64,000 nucleotides of DNA from Woeseiaceae bacterium (GTDB taxonomy: Bacteria; Pseudomonadota; Gammaproteobacteria; Steroidobacterales; Woeseiaceae): the NCBI GenBank assembly GCA_051007995.1, contig JBPCYB010000079.1:10622-74621 (forward strand). Reading direction: 5' to 3'. A program made the position numbers and the translations under genes. The notes beneath the pieces were generated by a model. That model was not told where the DNA came from and did no database searches. It saw only the letters and a list, made by a program, of their open reading frames with translations. Shown here piece by piece: positions 40,385-53,311 of this stretch. Each line of letters begins with the position of its first letter. Positions within the stretch are counted from its first letter, which is position 1.

Positions 40385-41059
40385 ATGAATTTCAGAGTAT
40401 TGACAGTAATTGGGGTCGCAATACTCGCGACAGGTTGCAAGACGCTCGATCCGTACAGCGGTGATGAGCAGATGAGTAAGTCTACGAAAGGCGCACTGAT
40501 TGGTGCGGCCGCTGGCGCCGTTGTCGGCCTGGCCTCAGGCGACGATGCGGTTGATCGGCGACAGCGTGCCTTGATTGGTGCCGGCGTTGGCGCGCTCGCG
40601 GGCGGGTCTATCGGCTATTACATGGACCGGCAGGAAGCCAAATTGCGTGCGGAACTTGAAGGCACTGGCGTCAGCGTTACCCGTACCGGTGACGATGGCG
40701 AAAACATTACCCTCAACATGCCTGGCAACGTGACCTTCGCCACGGACAGTTCGGACCTGAATCCAGCGTTCTTCGATGTGTTGAAATCGGTCGGCAAGGT
40801 GGTCAAGGAATTCGATCAGACGATCGTCGAGGTAGCGGGGCATACCGATAGCACCGGTTCAGACGCACACAACCAGGGCTTGTCAGAACGTCGAGCGTCA
40901 ACAGTGTCGCAGTATATGCAGTCGCGCGGTATCTCAGGCCGACGCATGATCACGGTTGGTATGGGCGAAGCAATGCCCGTTGCGGACAACAGCAGTGTGT
41001 CAGGCAGGCAGGCGAATCGACGTGTCGAAATTACGATGGTGCCGTTAACGGAAGGATAA
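40385..41059 (+). CDS. OmpA-family lipoprotein with glycine-zipper region
   Basis: Lipobox ILATGCK. Gly-zipper GALIGAAAGAVVGLASG...IGAGVGALAGGSIG. OmpA_C motif GHTDSTGSDAHNQGLSERRA...NRRVEI. Confidence 0.88.
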   Translation: MNFRVLTVIGVAILATGCKTLDPYSGDEQMSKSTKGALIGAAAGAVVGLASGDDAVDRRQRALIGAGVGALAGGSIGYYMDRQEAKLRAELEGTGVSVTRTGDDGENITLNMPGNVTFATDSSDLNPAFFDVLKSVGKVVKEFDQTIVEVAGHTDSTGSDAHNQGLSERRASTVSQYMQSRGISGRRMITVGMGEAMPVADNSSVSGRQANRRVEITMVPLTEG

Positions 41060-41122
41060 ACGCGTATTAACGGCGGTTATCAAAAAAACGACACCGGGGA
41101 ATGGATAGAAGATTCCGGATTC

Positions 41123-41383
41123 GTGCGTCGTTTGTTAAGTGATGACAACGACGGGTCGCGACATCAACGCATTATTTTGCAACTGAAGAATCGCGACACG
41201 TTGTTAATTGCGCACAACATCGATCTGGCGAAGCGTGTGCCGCTGGGGATGGGTGACCGCATGCATTTTCGCGGCATGTACGAATGGAACGAGCTGGGCG
41301 GGCTGGTGCATTGGACGCACCATGACCCGCACGGTATAGAAGATGGCGGCTGGATTCGCTACCGCAGCAAGACCTACGCTTAG
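41123..41383 (+). CDS. DUF3465 domain protein, apparently lacking the N-terminal signal/leader part
   Basis: LSDDNDGSRHQRIILQLKNRDTLLIAHNIDLAKRVP...GGLVHWTHHDPHG. Only a GTG start is available, with no signal peptide. It may be a 5'-truncated remnant. Confidence 0.45.
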   Translation: MRRLLSDDNDGSRHQRIILQLKNRDTLLIAHNIDLAKRVPLGMGDRMHFRGMYEWNELGGLVHWTHHDPHGIEDGGWIRYRSKTYA

Positions 41384-41392
41384 ATCCGTCGC

Positions 41393-42253
41393 TTAAACAA
41401 TAGCCGCACGCAGTTTCTTGATGGCGTTCGCTTCCAACTGACGAATGCGCTCGGCAGATACACCGTATCGATCAGCCAGTGCATGCAAAGTCATCTTGTC
41501 TTCGGTTAACCAGCGACTTTGCAGTATGTCCTGACTGCGTTCGTCCAGATCCTTCATCGCTGCCGTCATTTTTGACGTTGCATCATCATGCCAATCCGAT
41601 TTCTCGACTAGCACTGCAGGGTCGGCATTCTTGCTCGGCAGATAAGCGGCTGGCGTATAGGAATTCTCATCATCAGCACCTGGAGCCGGATCGAAGATCG
41701 CGTCGCGAGCACTCAGGCGCCGCTCCATTTCTGTGACTTCCTTCGGTGTGACACCGAGATCTTCGGCAACTGCCAGTGTTTCCGCGTGTGACAACCAGGC
41801 AAGACTTTTCTTGTTCTTGCGCAGGTTGAAAAATAGTTTGCGCTGCGCCTTAGTCGTCGCAACCTTAACGATGCGCCAGTTCTTCAATACAAACTCGTGA
41901 ATTTCGGCGCGAATCCAGTGCACAGCGAATGACACGAGTCGTACGCCGTAATCGGGATCGAAGCGCTTCACCGCTTTCATAAGACCGACGTTGCCTTCCT
42001 GAATCAGATCATTCAGGGGCAAGCCGTAGCCCGTGTAGCCTTTGGCGATATGCACAACAAAACGCAGGTGGGCCATGACCAGTTCGCGTGCAGCATCGAG
42101 ATCTTCGGCCTCATTGAAACGGCGCGACAACGCTTGCTCGTCCTCTTTAGTGAGCACCGGAATGGCGCCAACGGCGTGGATGTACGAGTCAAGACTGCCG
42201 ACCGGTCCGGCCAGGGCGATATCGTGAGCTAATGTTGCGACGGCTGTGGTCAT
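41393..42253 (-). CDS. rpoH: RNA polymerase sigma-32 (heat-shock sigma factor)
   Basis: Start at [11 protein letters not shown] after AGGAGG. RpoH box [12 protein letters not shown]. Downstream of ftsYEX, as in E. coli. Confidence 0.94.
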   Translation of the reverse strand: MTTAVATLAHDIALAGPVGSLDSYIHAVGAIPVLTKEDEQALSRRFNEAEDLDAARELVMAHLRFVVHIAKGYTGYGLPLNDLIQEGNVGLMKAVKRFDPDYGVRLVSFAVHWIRAEIHEFVLKNWRIVKVATTKAQRKLFFNLRKNKKSLAWLSHAETLAVAEDLGVTPKEVTEMERRLSARDAIFDPAPGADDENSYTPAAYLPSKNADPAVLVEKSDWHDDATSKMTAAMKDLDERSQDILQSRWLTEDKMTLHALADRYGVSAERIRQLEANAIKKLRAAIV

Positions 42254-42401
42254 AGATTTCCTCCTGTGTGGGGGCAATTTTAGCACTCGAAGGCTTAGAG
42301 TGCTAACAAACACGTTGGTTCCGCAAGGGGAGAAACAATAATTCTTTTTATAACAATGGCTTATGTGCGATAAAAGCAGCTACGTTATGTAAAAAGTGGC
42401 C

Positions 42402-43313
42402 CTAGCGAGGCTCGATTCGACGCATATGGCGGGCAGCAGCGAACCACGACCCAACGAGCCCCAAAGCGACCCCAATCCCAACAATCGCAAGGGTTTCGGC
42501 TGCCGACAGGCTCATTACAACGATACCGCTCTGATACAGGCCGGCCAGCCGCGCAACCGGCTGCTCCAGTAGAAACAAGCCGTAATGCACGAGGCCTACA
42601 GCAAGCACGCCGCCAAATAACCCATACCAGAAACCGGACCAAAGAAACGGCCGGCGAACAAACGCGTTACTCGCGCCGATCAGCTTGGTTACCTCGATCT
42701 CCTCGCGGCGGTTCTGAATATCGAGCCGAATGGTATTGCCGATGATGATCACGATGGCAATTCCGAGCAGCGATGCGCCAATCACAATTGAGCGCCGGAA
42801 AATATCCAGAATCGCGTGAAAGCGCTGGACCCATTCGGTATCAACCTGCACCGTATCGGCTTCCGGCAAATTGCCGAGTTCTTCCTGCAGCAAGATCATC
42901 GACTGGCCAGTGTTGGAGGGACTCGGTCGTACAACCAATGTGTGTGGTAACGGGTTTTCCGTCAGATGATCGAGTGCGTCGCCGAACCCGGATTGCGCTT
43001 TGAATTCGATCAGGGCTTCCGCAGCGGTGATAAGACGAACAGACTCGACGTCAGCGCGCTGTTCAATAAGACCTTTCAGGTTCGCGGCGTCACCAGTAGT
43101 GACATCGCGTTCCAGGTAGATCGAAAAATCGAGTGCATTGTCCCAACCCGAGCTGACCGATTGCGCGTTCTTAACCACGAGATTCAGAGCAGCGGGAATA
43201 GCGAGTGTCACAGCGATGACGAGTACGATCATCAAGCTCGCGAAGGGTTGCCTGAACAATCGGCCCAAGGAACCGATCGAGGTGCTTACGTGCCGTGCAA
43301 ACCAGGCCGTCAT
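42402..43313 (-). CDS. ftsX: cell division ABC transporter permease FtsX
   Basis: 303 aa, 4 TM, position after ftsE. C-terminal FtsX domain. Confidence 0.92.
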   Translation of the reverse strand: MTAWFARHVSTSIGSLGRLFRQPFASLMIVLVIAVTLAIPAALNLVVKNAQSVSSGWDNALDFSIYLERDVTTGDAANLKGLIEQRADVESVRLITAAEALIEFKAQSGFGDALDHLTENPLPHTLVVRPSPSNTGQSMILLQEELGNLPEADTVQVDTEWVQRFHAILDIFRRSIVIGASLLGIAIVIIIGNTIRLDIQNRREEIEVTKLIGASNAFVRRPFLWSGFWYGLFGGVLAVGLVHYGLFLLEQPVARLAGLYQSGIVVMSLSAAETLAIVGIGVALGLVGSWFAAARHMRRIEPR

Positions 43314-43990
43314 TCCCAGGGATCCGGTTCTTCGGTGGTTTGAGCCAGCTTGCCGGCATCGAGTTCAATGCGGCGACAGCCGAGTTTGTCGATCAAAGCG
43401 ATATCGTGGCTGGCGATAAGCAAGGTCACACCAACCTCGTTGAAGCGACGAAATATACGCATGACCTCTAACGACAGGTCAGGATCAAGGTTTCCCGTAG
43501 GCTCGTCGGCGATCAGCAGTTTGGGTCGCGATACGATGGCCCTCGCAATGCCAACGCGTTGTTGTTCTCCGGCGGACAATGTTGCCGGACTCTGCTTTTC
43601 CTTGTGCAGTAAACCAACCTGCTCAAGCGCTGGTCGAACGCGCCGCCCGGCTTCACGATAACCCATGCCGGCAATAACCAGCGGAAGAGCGACATTGTCG
43701 AACACGGGACGGTCGTACAGCAGTTTATGATCCTGAAACACCATTCCGATCTGCCGTCGGTAGGCCGGAATCTTGCGGCGTTTTACGCGCCGCGTGTTTT
43801 GTCCATCAACAATTACCTGGCCGCTTGTTGGCCGTTCAATCAATGCGATCAGCCTTAGCAAAGTGCTCTTGCCAGCGCCCGAGTGCCCGGTAACGAAGAC
43901 CATTTCACCCTTGTCGACCGACAAGCTCAGCCCGGACAATGCTTCTTGCCCACCGGGAAACCGTTTAGTGACTTCTTCGAGATTGATCAT
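43310..43990 (-). CDS. ftsE: cell division ATP-binding protein FtsE
   Basis: Walker A GHSGAGKST, signature LSAGEQQRV, Walker B LLIADEPTGNLD. Confidence 0.95.
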   Translation of the reverse strand: MINLEEVTKRFPGGQEALSGLSLSVDKGEMVFVTGHSGAGKSTLLRLIALIERPTSGQVIVDGQNTRRVKRRKIPAYRRQIGMVFQDHKLLYDRPVFDNVALPLVIAGMGYREAGRRVRPALEQVGLLHKEKQSPATLSAGEQQRVGIARAIVSRPKLLIADEPTGNLDPDLSLEVMRIFRRFNEVGVTLLIASHDIALIDKLGCRRIELDAGKLAQTTEEPDPWE

Positions 43991-44934
43991 TCTGTTGTGT
44001 TCTGCGTTAGCAATGCATCGACGAAATCTTCGGCGTTGAAAGGCTGCATGTCTTCAGTCGACTCACCGATGCCGATAAAGCGCACCGGGACCTCGAGTTG
44101 ATGCGCAATAGCGAGCAGAATGCCACCCTTCGCGCTGCCATCCAACTTCGTAACGGTAATACCTGTAAGGCCGAGTGCCTCGTGAAACTTCTGCGCCTGA
44201 ACCAGTGCGTTCTGACCCTGACTAGCATCAAGCACGAGCATGATTTCCTGCGGCGCTGTGGAGTCATTGCGTGCCGCTACGCGTTTCACTTTTACGAGCT
44301 CATCCATCAGCCCCTGCTGGTTTTGCAGCCGGCCAGCTGTGTCGGCAAGCAACACATCTATGTCCCGCGCACGGGCGGCCTCCCAGGCGTCAAAAATTAC
44401 AGCTGCCGGATCAGCACCCGCGTGTTGCGAAATGACCGGGACATCGTTTCTCTCTCCCCAGGTTTGTAGCTGCTCAACTGCCGCCGCACGAAACGTGTCG
44501 CCCGCCGCGAGCATGACTGACATACCCTGATCCTTAAAGCGTTTTGCGAGTTTGCCAATGGTCGTGGTTTTGCCGGCGCCGTTGACGCCAACCATGAGCA
44601 CGACGAAAGGCCCATCTGTTTTCTCGATCTGCAGCGGAATGGCGACTGGTTGCAGAATCGTCAACAGCGCCTCGCGCAGCCCTTGTTTGAGTGCGTTGAC
44701 GTCTCTTAGTTCTTTTCGAGCCAGACTGCTTTGCAAGTCTTCGATAATCTTCTCGGTCGTCGCGATGCCGACGTCGGCCATAACGAGCAGCGATTCGAGT
44801 TCTTCAAGCGCGTCTTCGTCAATCTTGCCGCCGGGCGCGAGGTTGGCGAGATCGTAACTGAGCCAGCTATCGCCCTTGTTGAGGCGGGCGCGCAGCCGTT
44901 TGATGAACCCTCCTTGTTCCTTTTTTGCATTCAT
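43987..44934 (-). CDS. ftsY: signal recognition particle receptor FtsY (short form, no acidic A-domain)
   Basis: NG domain: GVNGAGKTTTIGKLA, DTAGRL, TKLDGSAKGG. Confidence 0.95.
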   Translation of the reverse strand: MNAKKEQGGFIKRLRARLNKGDSWLSYDLANLAPGGKIDEDALEELESLLVMADVGIATTEKIIEDLQSSLARKELRDVNALKQGLREALLTILQPVAIPLQIEKTDGPFVVLMVGVNGAGKTTTIGKLAKRFKDQGMSVMLAAGDTFRAAAVEQLQTWGERNDVPVISQHAGADPAAVIFDAWEAARARDIDVLLADTAGRLQNQQGLMDELVKVKRVAARNDSTAPQEIMLVLDASQGQNALVQAQKFHEALGLTGITVTKLDGSAKGGILLAIAHQLEVPVRFIGIGESTEDMQPFNAEDFVDALLTQNTTE

Positions 44935-44998
44935 TAGCTAATCAAATTCACCTGTGGGTGACGAATCGCCTACACTGACGGTGTTAAGGAAGTGTCAA

Positions 44999-46901
<1,903 letters not shown>

Positions 46902-46913
46902 GAAGCATGAGCT

Positions 46914-47081
46914 TTATTTGATTTTCGCTTCCTTGTAGACCACGTGCTTGCGAATCGTGGGATCGTACTTCTTGGTCTCCATCTTTTCAGGGTGGAGCTT
47001 CTTGTTCTTCTGCGTCGTGTAGAAATGCCCAGTGCCGGCACTTGAGACGAGACGGATTTTTTCGCGATTACTCTTAGCCAT
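46914..47081 (-). CDS. rpmG: 50S ribosomal protein L33
   Basis: Translated by hand and not in the ORF track (55 aa): [55 protein letters not shown]. Confidence 0.93.
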   Translation of the reverse strand: MAKSNREKIRLVSSAGTGHFYTTQKNKKLHPEKMETKKYDPTIRKHVVYKEAKIK

Positions 47082-47098
47082 TTCTCAATCCTCTCGTC

Positions 47099-47335
47099 TT
47101 AAACTTTCTGACCCTGCGCACGCAGGTCAGCAACGATCTTCTCGATGCCATGTTTATCGATGTTACGCATGCCCTTATGCGAAACGCGCAGGCGTACCCA
47201 GCGGCTCTCTGATTCGAGCCAAAAGCGCTTGCTCTGCAGGTTCGGCAAAAACCGGCGGCGTGTTTTGTTGTTCGCGTGAGAAACGTTGTTTCCGCTCTGC
47301 GGGCGCTTCCCTGTGACCTGGCATACCTTGGACAT
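47099..47335 (-). CDS. rpmB: 50S ribosomal protein L28
   Basis: [34 protein letters not shown]. Confidence 0.95.
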   Translation of the reverse strand: MSKVCQVTGKRPQSGNNVSHANNKTRRRFLPNLQSKRFWLESESRWVRLRVSHKGMRNIDKHGIEKIVADLRAQGQKV

Positions 47336-47432
47336 GACGTGTAAGTCTCTGTTTTTACAATAAAGTTGCCCGCGGTAGGCAGGCAGAGAGCGGAACTTTA
47401 TACCAGCCCAGAGATGCCATTACAAGGACCCG

Positions 47433-48119
47433 TCACAGCAAGCCCCGACTGGCCAGCGAGGTCGTTTCGGCGTTACCGATAATCAGGTGATCCAGCAGCC
47501 GAATATCGACCAGCTCGAGGGCCGATTTGAGCCGTTTTGTGATGCGTTCGTCAGCCTGGCTGGGCTCTGCCACGCCGGAAGGGTGGTTGTGGGCGAGGAT
47601 CACAGCGGCCGCATTGATTGCCAGTGCCTCCTTGACGACTTCGCGCGGATAGACGCTGGTGCCGTCTATGGTGCCGCGAAACAACTCGTCAAAACGCAGG
47701 ACCCGATGCCGATTATCCAGATACAGACAGCAAAACATCTCGTGCCCCAGGTGACGAATCTTGGCGTGCAAAAAGCTCTGGGTGTCGGCCGGATTGCGGA
47801 TAGCCTGACCGACCGGCAACGATTCTGCGAAATAGCGCCTGGCGAGCTCAGGTAGTGCGAGAATTCTGGCTGAGCGCGAGCGACCAATGCCCGATTCAGC
47901 CGTCAACGCATCGATATCGGCGTGCAAGAGCTGCTGTAGACCACCGAAGCGCCGCAGCAGGCGCTTGGCGAGGCGTCGCTCACCCAGTACGCTCGCTAGC
48001 AGATCGGCATCGGTCATAACGCCCAATGTCGCCCGTGCTGCGCGCCAGGACAAGCTGCCAATCAGGCCTTCTGTACCGGATTCAGCTAAGCTTGCGGCTG
48101 TGAATATTCTTCTTGGCAT
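47433..48119 (-). CDS. radC: RadC-family JAB/MPN domain protein
   Basis: JAMM motif VILAHNHPSG..PSQAD. HhH-like N-terminus. The start is uncertain because the longest ORF overlaps the divergent coaBC start. Confidence 0.85.
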   Translation of the reverse strand: MPRRIFTAASLAESGTEGLIGSLSWRAARATLGVMTDADLLASVLGERRLAKRLLRRFGGLQQLLHADIDALTAESGIGRSRSARILALPELARRYFAESLPVGQAIRNPADTQSFLHAKIRHLGHEMFCCLYLDNRHRVLRFDELFRGTIDGTSVYPREVVKEALAINAAAVILAHNHPSGVAEPSQADERITKRLKSALELVDIRLLDHLIIGNAETTSLASRGLL

Positions 48120-49317
48120 ATCTGGCGGAATCGCCGCTTACAAGACCCCGGAGCTAGTGCGGCGCTTGCGCGAGCGCGGGGCTGATGTACAGATTGTCAT
48201 GACAGCGTCGGCCGAGGAGTTTGTCACCGAAACCGCGCTGCAGGCCGTATCGGGTCGGCCGATTCGTTCCAACCTCTGGGACAAGGAAGCTGAAGCGTCG
48301 ATGAGTCATATCGAGCTTGCGCGCTGGGCGGATGCTGTACTGATCGCGCCCGCGACTGCCGAAATCATGGCGCGACTCGCGTCAGGTGCCGCGTCTGATT
48401 TGCTCACGACGATTTGTCTGGCCACTGAGGCGCCGCTGGCAATCGCGCCGGCGATGAATCACGTCATGTGGGCCAACCCGGCCGTGCAGAAGAATCGCGA
48501 GACACTCGAAGAGCGCGGCGTTCGTGTGCTCGGGCCGGACCGGGGATCGCAAGCCTGTGGCGAGACTGGCGAAGGGCGCATGCTCGAACCGGATGACATC
48601 GCCGCAATTGTCTGTGGTCCGCAGCTCGTCGACAACGATCAACTGTTGCTAAGCGGTAAGACACTATTGATTACTGCCGGTCCGACGCGCGAACCGATCG
48701 ACCCGGTGCGCTTCATCACCAATCGTAGTTCTGGAAAAATGGGCTACGCGATTGCAGCTGCAGCACTCGAGCAAGGCGCGCGTGTCATTTTGATCAGCGG
48801 CCCAACGTCAATTCAGGTCCCGGCCGGAGCTGTCACGCAGCAAGTGCAGACGGCTGAACAGATGTACGCGGCGACGCATGCGCACGTGCATGATGCTGAC
48901 ATATTCATCGCAACGGCTGCAGTTTCGGACTATCGCCCGGTAGCTGCGCAAGAACACAAGATCAAGAAAACCGAAGAGTCGATGACCATCGATCTAGTGC
49001 GTTCGCCGGACATTCTCGCGTCCGTTGCAGCACTCGACACGGCGCCATTCACGGTTGGCTTTGCGGCTGAGACAGAGAACGTGCGTGACTATGCGTTGGG
49101 CAAGCTTGAGCGCAAGCGACTCAACATGATCGTTGCCAACCAGGTTGGCGAGAGCCTTGGGTTCGATAGCGACGTAAATGCCGTCGATGTCTACTGGCGT
49201 GGCGGTGAACAGTCATTTGAATCAACGGAAAAAACTGAACTGGCGCGCACGCTTATCAAACTCGTCGCCGAACGATTCCAGATCGAGTACAGTGCCGACG
49301 AATATGCGATCAATTGA
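48100..49317 (+). CDS. coaBC: bifunctional phosphopantothenoylcysteine decarboxylase / synthetase
   Basis: GTG 48100 gives (M)[20 protein letters not shown], the canonical flavoprotein N-terminus, and 405 aa. The upstream part of the 476-aa ORF is Arg-rich and antisense to radC. Confidence 0.92.
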   Translation: MNILLGISGGIAAYKTPELVRRLRERGADVQIVMTASAEEFVTETALQAVSGRPIRSNLWDKEAEASMSHIELARWADAVLIAPATAEIMARLASGAASDLLTTICLATEAPLAIAPAMNHVMWANPAVQKNRETLEERGVRVLGPDRGSQACGETGEGRMLEPDDIAAIVCGPQLVDNDQLLLSGKTLLITAGPTREPIDPVRFITNRSSGKMGYAIAAAALEQGARVILISGPTSIQVPAGAVTQQVQTAEQMYAATHAHVHDADIFIATAAVSDYRPVAAQEHKIKKTEESMTIDLVRSPDILASVAALDTAPFTVGFAAETENVRDYALGKLERKRLNMIVANQVGESLGFDSDVNAVDVYWRGGEQSFESTEKTELARTLIKLVAERFQIEYSADEYAIN

Positions 49318-49759
49318 ACTGAAGATCCTCGACCCTAGAGTCGGTGATTCCATTCCACTACCCCATTACGCGACAGACGGCTCGGCCGGTTTGGATATGC
49401 GCGCGTGTATTGATGACGCGATTTCTGTAGCGCCCGGCGAAACCACCCTGATCCCGACCGGCTTGGCGATTCACATCTGTGATGCGTCGCTCGCCGCAGT
49501 CTTGTTACCGAGATCAGGTTTGGGGCACAAGCACGGACTCGTACTCGGCAACCTGACCGGGCTGATCGATTCAGACTATCAAGGTCAGGTATTTATCTCG
49601 TGTTGGAACCGCAGCAGCAAGACCTATGAAGTACAGCCAGCCGAGCGCATTGCACAGATGGTTTTCGTGCCAGTAGAACAAGTGAAATTCGATGTCGTCG
49701 AGGAGTTTGACGACAGTGAGCGCGGATCAGGAGGTTTCGGTCACTCAGGTACGGCTTGA
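49304..49759 (+). CDS. dut: dUTP diphosphatase
   Basis: Start at [37 protein letters not shown] and C-terminal [10 protein letters not shown]. Confidence 0.95.
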   Translation: MRSIELKILDPRVGDSIPLPHYATDGSAGLDMRACIDDAISVAPGETTLIPTGLAIHICDASLAAVLLPRSGLGHKHGLVLGNLTGLIDSDYQGQVFISCWNRSSKTYEVQPAERIAQMVFVPVEQVKFDVVEEFDDSERGSGGFGHSGTA

Positions 49760-50388
49760 GCCGTTGTGATCGTCAGGCCTTTAAGGTCTTTAAAGCGATG
49801 GATGTCGCCATCGAAACGCTCAATTATGTCGGCTTCGTCTTGCTGGTATCTGGACAGATTCTTCTTGTGCCGCGAGATCGTGCTTTCGGTTTCCTTAATT
49901 TCCTGAATTAACTTCGGATCAACCATCTCGGCACTGGGATCAGAGCTGTATGGGCGGAAACGACCAGACTCTTGCTTTAGCTGAGAGAGTCTGCGATTCA
50001 GGTTACGCAAGTAAAGTTCAGTGACTCGCGATTGCGCCTGGAACAATTCAATACGGCGATCGCGGTGCATCTCGATTTCATCGACAGTCTGGTAGGTCGC
50101 GAGTAACGCACGATCGGCTCGCATCTGCAGTTCTTTTTGTAGCTCGACTTCGGCTGCGATGCGCTCGGCCTCTATTTCCTCTGGGGTTTTCTTGCCGCGA
50201 ATATGGCCAACCGTTACGCCGTGTTCGTTGACGACATTCTTCGGCTTATCGGCGAACTCAGCCGGAATGCTGTCGCCGTAGTGGATCACGCCATCATCAT
50301 CGACCCAGGAATACAAAGGACGTTGCTGTGCGCTCGCCACCAGTGGCAGCAGCAGAAATACAGTGATCACAGCTAGACTTTTTCGCAT
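49741..50388 (-). CDS. DUF4124 domain secreted coiled-coil protein
   Basis: Signal peptide [20 protein letters not shown], then [17 protein letters not shown] (DUF4124 signature). Confidence 0.7.
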   Translation of the reverse strand: MRKSLAVITVFLLLPLVASAQQRPLYSWVDDDGVIHYGDSIPAEFADKPKNVVNEHGVTVGHIRGKKTPEEIEAERIAAEVELQKELQMRADRALLATYQTVDEIEMHRDRRIELFQAQSRVTELYLRNLNRRLSQLKQESGRFRPYSSDPSAEMVDPKLIQEIKETESTISRHKKNLSRYQQDEADIIERFDGDIHRFKDLKGLTITTAQAVPE

Positions 50389-50505
50389 TACAAAACTATG
50401 CCACGAAAGGCAACTCCTGAAACGGCACTGGTTCGCGAAATTACAGCTTAGTTGGGTCACGGCATTCTGTAAATCGATTCCGCGACCCCCTTTAAAAACA
50501 ACAAG

Positions 50506-51153
50506 TTACGAAATAACGCCATATTTCCGACGGTATTCCAGAACCGGCTCGAGATACTCTTCGTATTCGCTTGATTCTTCGAGCGTAATAATGAGGTCGT
50601 CGAGCCCGACAATGCTTATGACAGGAATTCCGAGCGCTTGTTTCAATTCCTGCACAGCCGATGCGGGCCCCTGGCCGCGCTCCTGGCGATCCAGTGAGAT
50701 CACGAGGCCGGCAACCTCGGCGCCTGCGGCGGAGATAACCTGGTAGGCCTCGCGAACCGCCGTGCCGGCCGTAATAACGTCGTCCACAATCAGAGTCCGG
50801 CCCTCAAGCGGCGCACCAACAATGCTGCCGCCCTCGCCATGCGCTTTCGCTTCCTTGCGGTTGTAGGCAAACGGCACGTCCATGTCCTGGTGTTCCGCGA
50901 GCGAAGCGGCGGCAAGCGCCGCCAGCGGAATGCCTTTGTAGGCCGGTCCGAAAATCATATCGAATTCCAGACCGGACTCTGCAATTGTCGCGGCGTAGTA
51001 GCGGCCGACGCGGGCTGCAGCGTAGCCGGTGTTGAATAAGCCGGCATTAAAAAAATACGGGCTCACTCGACCGGACTTTAGTGTGAACTCCCCGAACCGC
51101 AGTACGCCAAGTTCAATGGCGAGATCAATGAATTCTTTCTTATACGCTTGCAT
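50506..51153 (-). CDS. pyrE: orotate phosphoribosyltransferase
   Basis: Start at [40 protein letters not shown] motif [12 protein letters not shown]. Confidence 0.94.
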   Translation of the reverse strand: MQAYKKEFIDLAIELGVLRFGEFTLKSGRVSPYFFNAGLFNTGYAAARVGRYYAATIAESGLEFDMIFGPAYKGIPLAALAAASLAEHQDMDVPFAYNRKEAKAHGEGGSIVGAPLEGRTLIVDDVITAGTAVREAYQVISAAGAEVAGLVISLDRQERGQGPASAVQELKQALGIPVISIVGLDDLIITLEESSEYEEYLEPVLEYRRKYGVIS

Positions 51154-51219
51154 GCTTAGGTATGATGGCGGCCTTCGAAAACGCATCGAAGTATGACATA
51201 CGGCCAATGGAGGCGCAGA

Positions 51220-52002
51220 TTGTTTCGAGTAATTAGTTTGAATGCCAACGGTATTCGTGCCGCTGCTCGCAAGGGCGTCTTCGAATGGTTGCGAGATCAG
51301 AATGCTGATGTTGTTTGCATTCAGGAAACCAAGGCGCAGGAGCATCAGCTCGTCGATGATTGCTTTTCACCCGCAGGCTACCACTGCTACTACGAAGACG
51401 CGGTCAAAAAGGGCTACAGCGGCGTCGCAATCTACTCGCGTGAGAAACCAAAGAAGGTCATTCGCGGATACGGCGACAAAGAATTCGATGATGAAGGCCG
51501 TTATCTCGAAGTTCAGCTCGAAGGTATTTCAGTGGTGTCTGTCTATTTACCGTCCGGATCGTCAAGCGATGAACGCCAACTCGCCAAGTTTCGTTGCCTC
51601 GATACATTTACTGAACATTTGCACAAGCTGCGTCGGCGACGCTCGGAAACAGTGATCTGCGGTGACTGGAATATTGCGCATAAGGAAATTGACCTCAGGA
51701 ACTGGCGGCAGAATCGGAAGAATTCGGGCTTTACTCCTGAAGAGCGTGCCTGGATGGACTTGGTGTTTGGCGAGTATCGCTGGGTTGACGCGTTCCGCGT
51801 CGTGCAGCCCGAGGCAGACCAGTACACCTGGTGGTCGAACCGCGGCCGCGCTTGGGATAACAATGTCGGATGGCGACTCGATTACCAGGTTGTGACCGAG
51901 GGACTGAAAGACCGCGTTCTGGGTGCCGATATATACAAGAAAGAGCGATTTTCCGATCACGCACCATTGATCATGGATTACGATTGGTCACATGGTGACT
52001 GA
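51220..52002 (+). CDS. xthA: exodeoxyribonuclease III
   Basis: TTG 51220, 6 nt after GGAGG, gives (M)[14 protein letters not shown]. Also VCIQETK and SDHAPL. ATG 51193 is the alternative start. Confidence 0.9.
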   Translation: MFRVISLNANGIRAAARKGVFEWLRDQNADVVCIQETKAQEHQLVDDCFSPAGYHCYYEDAVKKGYSGVAIYSREKPKKVIRGYGDKEFDDEGRYLEVQLEGISVVSVYLPSGSSSDERQLAKFRCLDTFTEHLHKLRRRRSETVICGDWNIAHKEIDLRNWRQNRKNSGFTPEERAWMDLVFGEYRWVDAFRVVQPEADQYTWWSNRGRAWDNNVGWRLDYQVVTEGLKDRVLGADIYKKERFSDHAPLIMDYDWSHGD

Positions 52003-53311
52003 TACGGAGGCAGCGACAACCGACGAGCGTTTTCGTTGGGAGCACCTTTTGCAAAAAAAGGTCCTCGTAATTCTGCTACTTGGCTTTTCATCGGGGCTGC
52101 CGTTCCCATTGGTTTACTCAACTTTATCGACCTGGCTGGCGCAGTCAGGGGTGGAGCTAAGTACAGTTAGTACTTTCGCCTGGCTTGGTTTCGCATATAG
52201 CTTCAAATTCTTGTGGGCGCCGTTGATCGATACAATCCGCCTGCCTGTGTTGACAGGTTTGCTAGGGCGTCGGCGAGCGTGGATGTTGTTTGCCCAACTC
52301 CTCATTGTGCTCAGCCTGGTCGTGTTATCCGGAATGGACCCCCGGCAAAATATTGAGGCGTTTGCGTTGGTTGCAGCGGCAGTTGCTCTGTCGTCGGCGA
52401 CGCAGGACATTGTCATCGACGCATATCGGATTGAATGTGCCGAGAGTCGCATGCAGGGAGTGCTGGCCGCCGCGTATCAATATGGTTACCGCACAGCGAT
52501 GCTCGTGAGCGGGGCCGTCGCAATGGCGATCGCGGATCGAGCGCCGTGGTCGGTCGCGTATATGGCGATGGCAGGATGCGCGCTGATCGGCGTTCTGACG
52601 ACGCTTTGGTGTGAAGAACCTGTTACGCGAATCAAAAGAGCCGCAATTGTTGGCGCGAATGCCATGCAGAAATTGGCGAAGTGGTTTGCACATTCGGTTG
52701 TCGATCCGTTCATGGACTTCATTAAGCGCTTCGGCAGTTTCGCGATTGTCATGCTGGCTTTTATTTCTTTGTATCGTCTGAGCGACTACGTTCTCGGCAT
52801 TCTTGCTAACCCGTTCTATGTTGATATCGGCTATTCACTGACCGAAATAGCTGTAATCGCAAAGGGCTACGGATTGTGGGTCGGCCTGGCAGGAATCGGC
52901 CTCGGCGGTTGGGGTGTTATGAAGTTCGGCGTCGCGCGCTGTCTTGTGATCGCAACAATCCTGATTGCGAGCACGAATCTGTTTTTTGCCGCAATGGTGA
53001 TTGTAGGTCCGGAGCCATGGATGCTGGCGGTAACAATAAGCGCTGACAACATTGCGCAAGGCTTCTCAGGAACGGTTTTGATCGCCTATTTGTCGAGTCT
53101 GACGAACCTGTCATTTACGGCAACGCAATATGCCCTGCTGAGTTCGTTCATGTCTTTGCTTGGCAAGTTTTCCGCTGGTTTCTCTGGCAACGTTCAAGAA
53201 TCGATCGGTTGGTTGGGATTTTTTCTGTATGCAGCGGCCTTGGGGATACCTGCTATTGCGCTTTCGTTCGTCGTCGCAAAACGACACGATAAACTCGTGG
53301 GACAAGCGTGA
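51992..53311 (+). CDS. ampG: AmpG-family muropeptide / MFS permease
   Basis: 439 aa. LLLGFSSGLPFPLVYSTLSTWL and FKFLWAPLID are typical of AmpG. Confidence 0.85.
   Translation: MVTDTEAATTDERFRWEHLLQKKVLVILLLGFSSGLPFPLVYSTLSTWLAQSGVELSTVSTFAWLGFAYSFKFLWAPLIDTIRLPVLTGLLGRRRAWMLFAQLLIVLSLVVLSGMDPRQNIEAFALVAAAVALSSATQDIVIDAYRIECAESRMQGVLAAAYQYGYRTAMLVSGAVAMAIADRAPWSVAYMAMAGCALIGVLTTLWCEEPVTRIKRAAIVGANAMQKLAKWFAHSVVDPFMDFIKRFGSFAIVMLAFISLYRLSDYVLGILANPFYVDIGYSLTEIAVIAKGYGLWVGLAGIGLGGWGVMKFGVARCLVIATILIASTNLFFAAMVIVGPEPWMLAVTISADNIAQGFSGTVLIAYLSSLTNLSFTATQYALLSSFMSLLGKFSAGFSGNVQESIGWLGFFLYAAALGIPAIALSFVVAKRHDKLVGQA

Noticed and set aside
42281-42305. 8-bp inverted repeat TAGCACTC-N9-GAGTGCTA between ftsX and rpoH
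   Set aside because: There is no U-tract on either strand, so it is not a convincing ftsX terminator. It lies about 30 nt upstream of the rpoH Shine-Dalgarno, whereas the known RpoH thermosensor involves the coding region. A function cannot be supported from sequence alone.
50428-50480. Imperfect inverted repeat GGGTCACGG-N17-CCGCGACCC downstream of pyrE
   Set aside because: It has one mismatch, a long loop, and no T-tract in the pyrE transcription direction. It is not supportable as a terminator or REP element, and no second copy was seen in the window.
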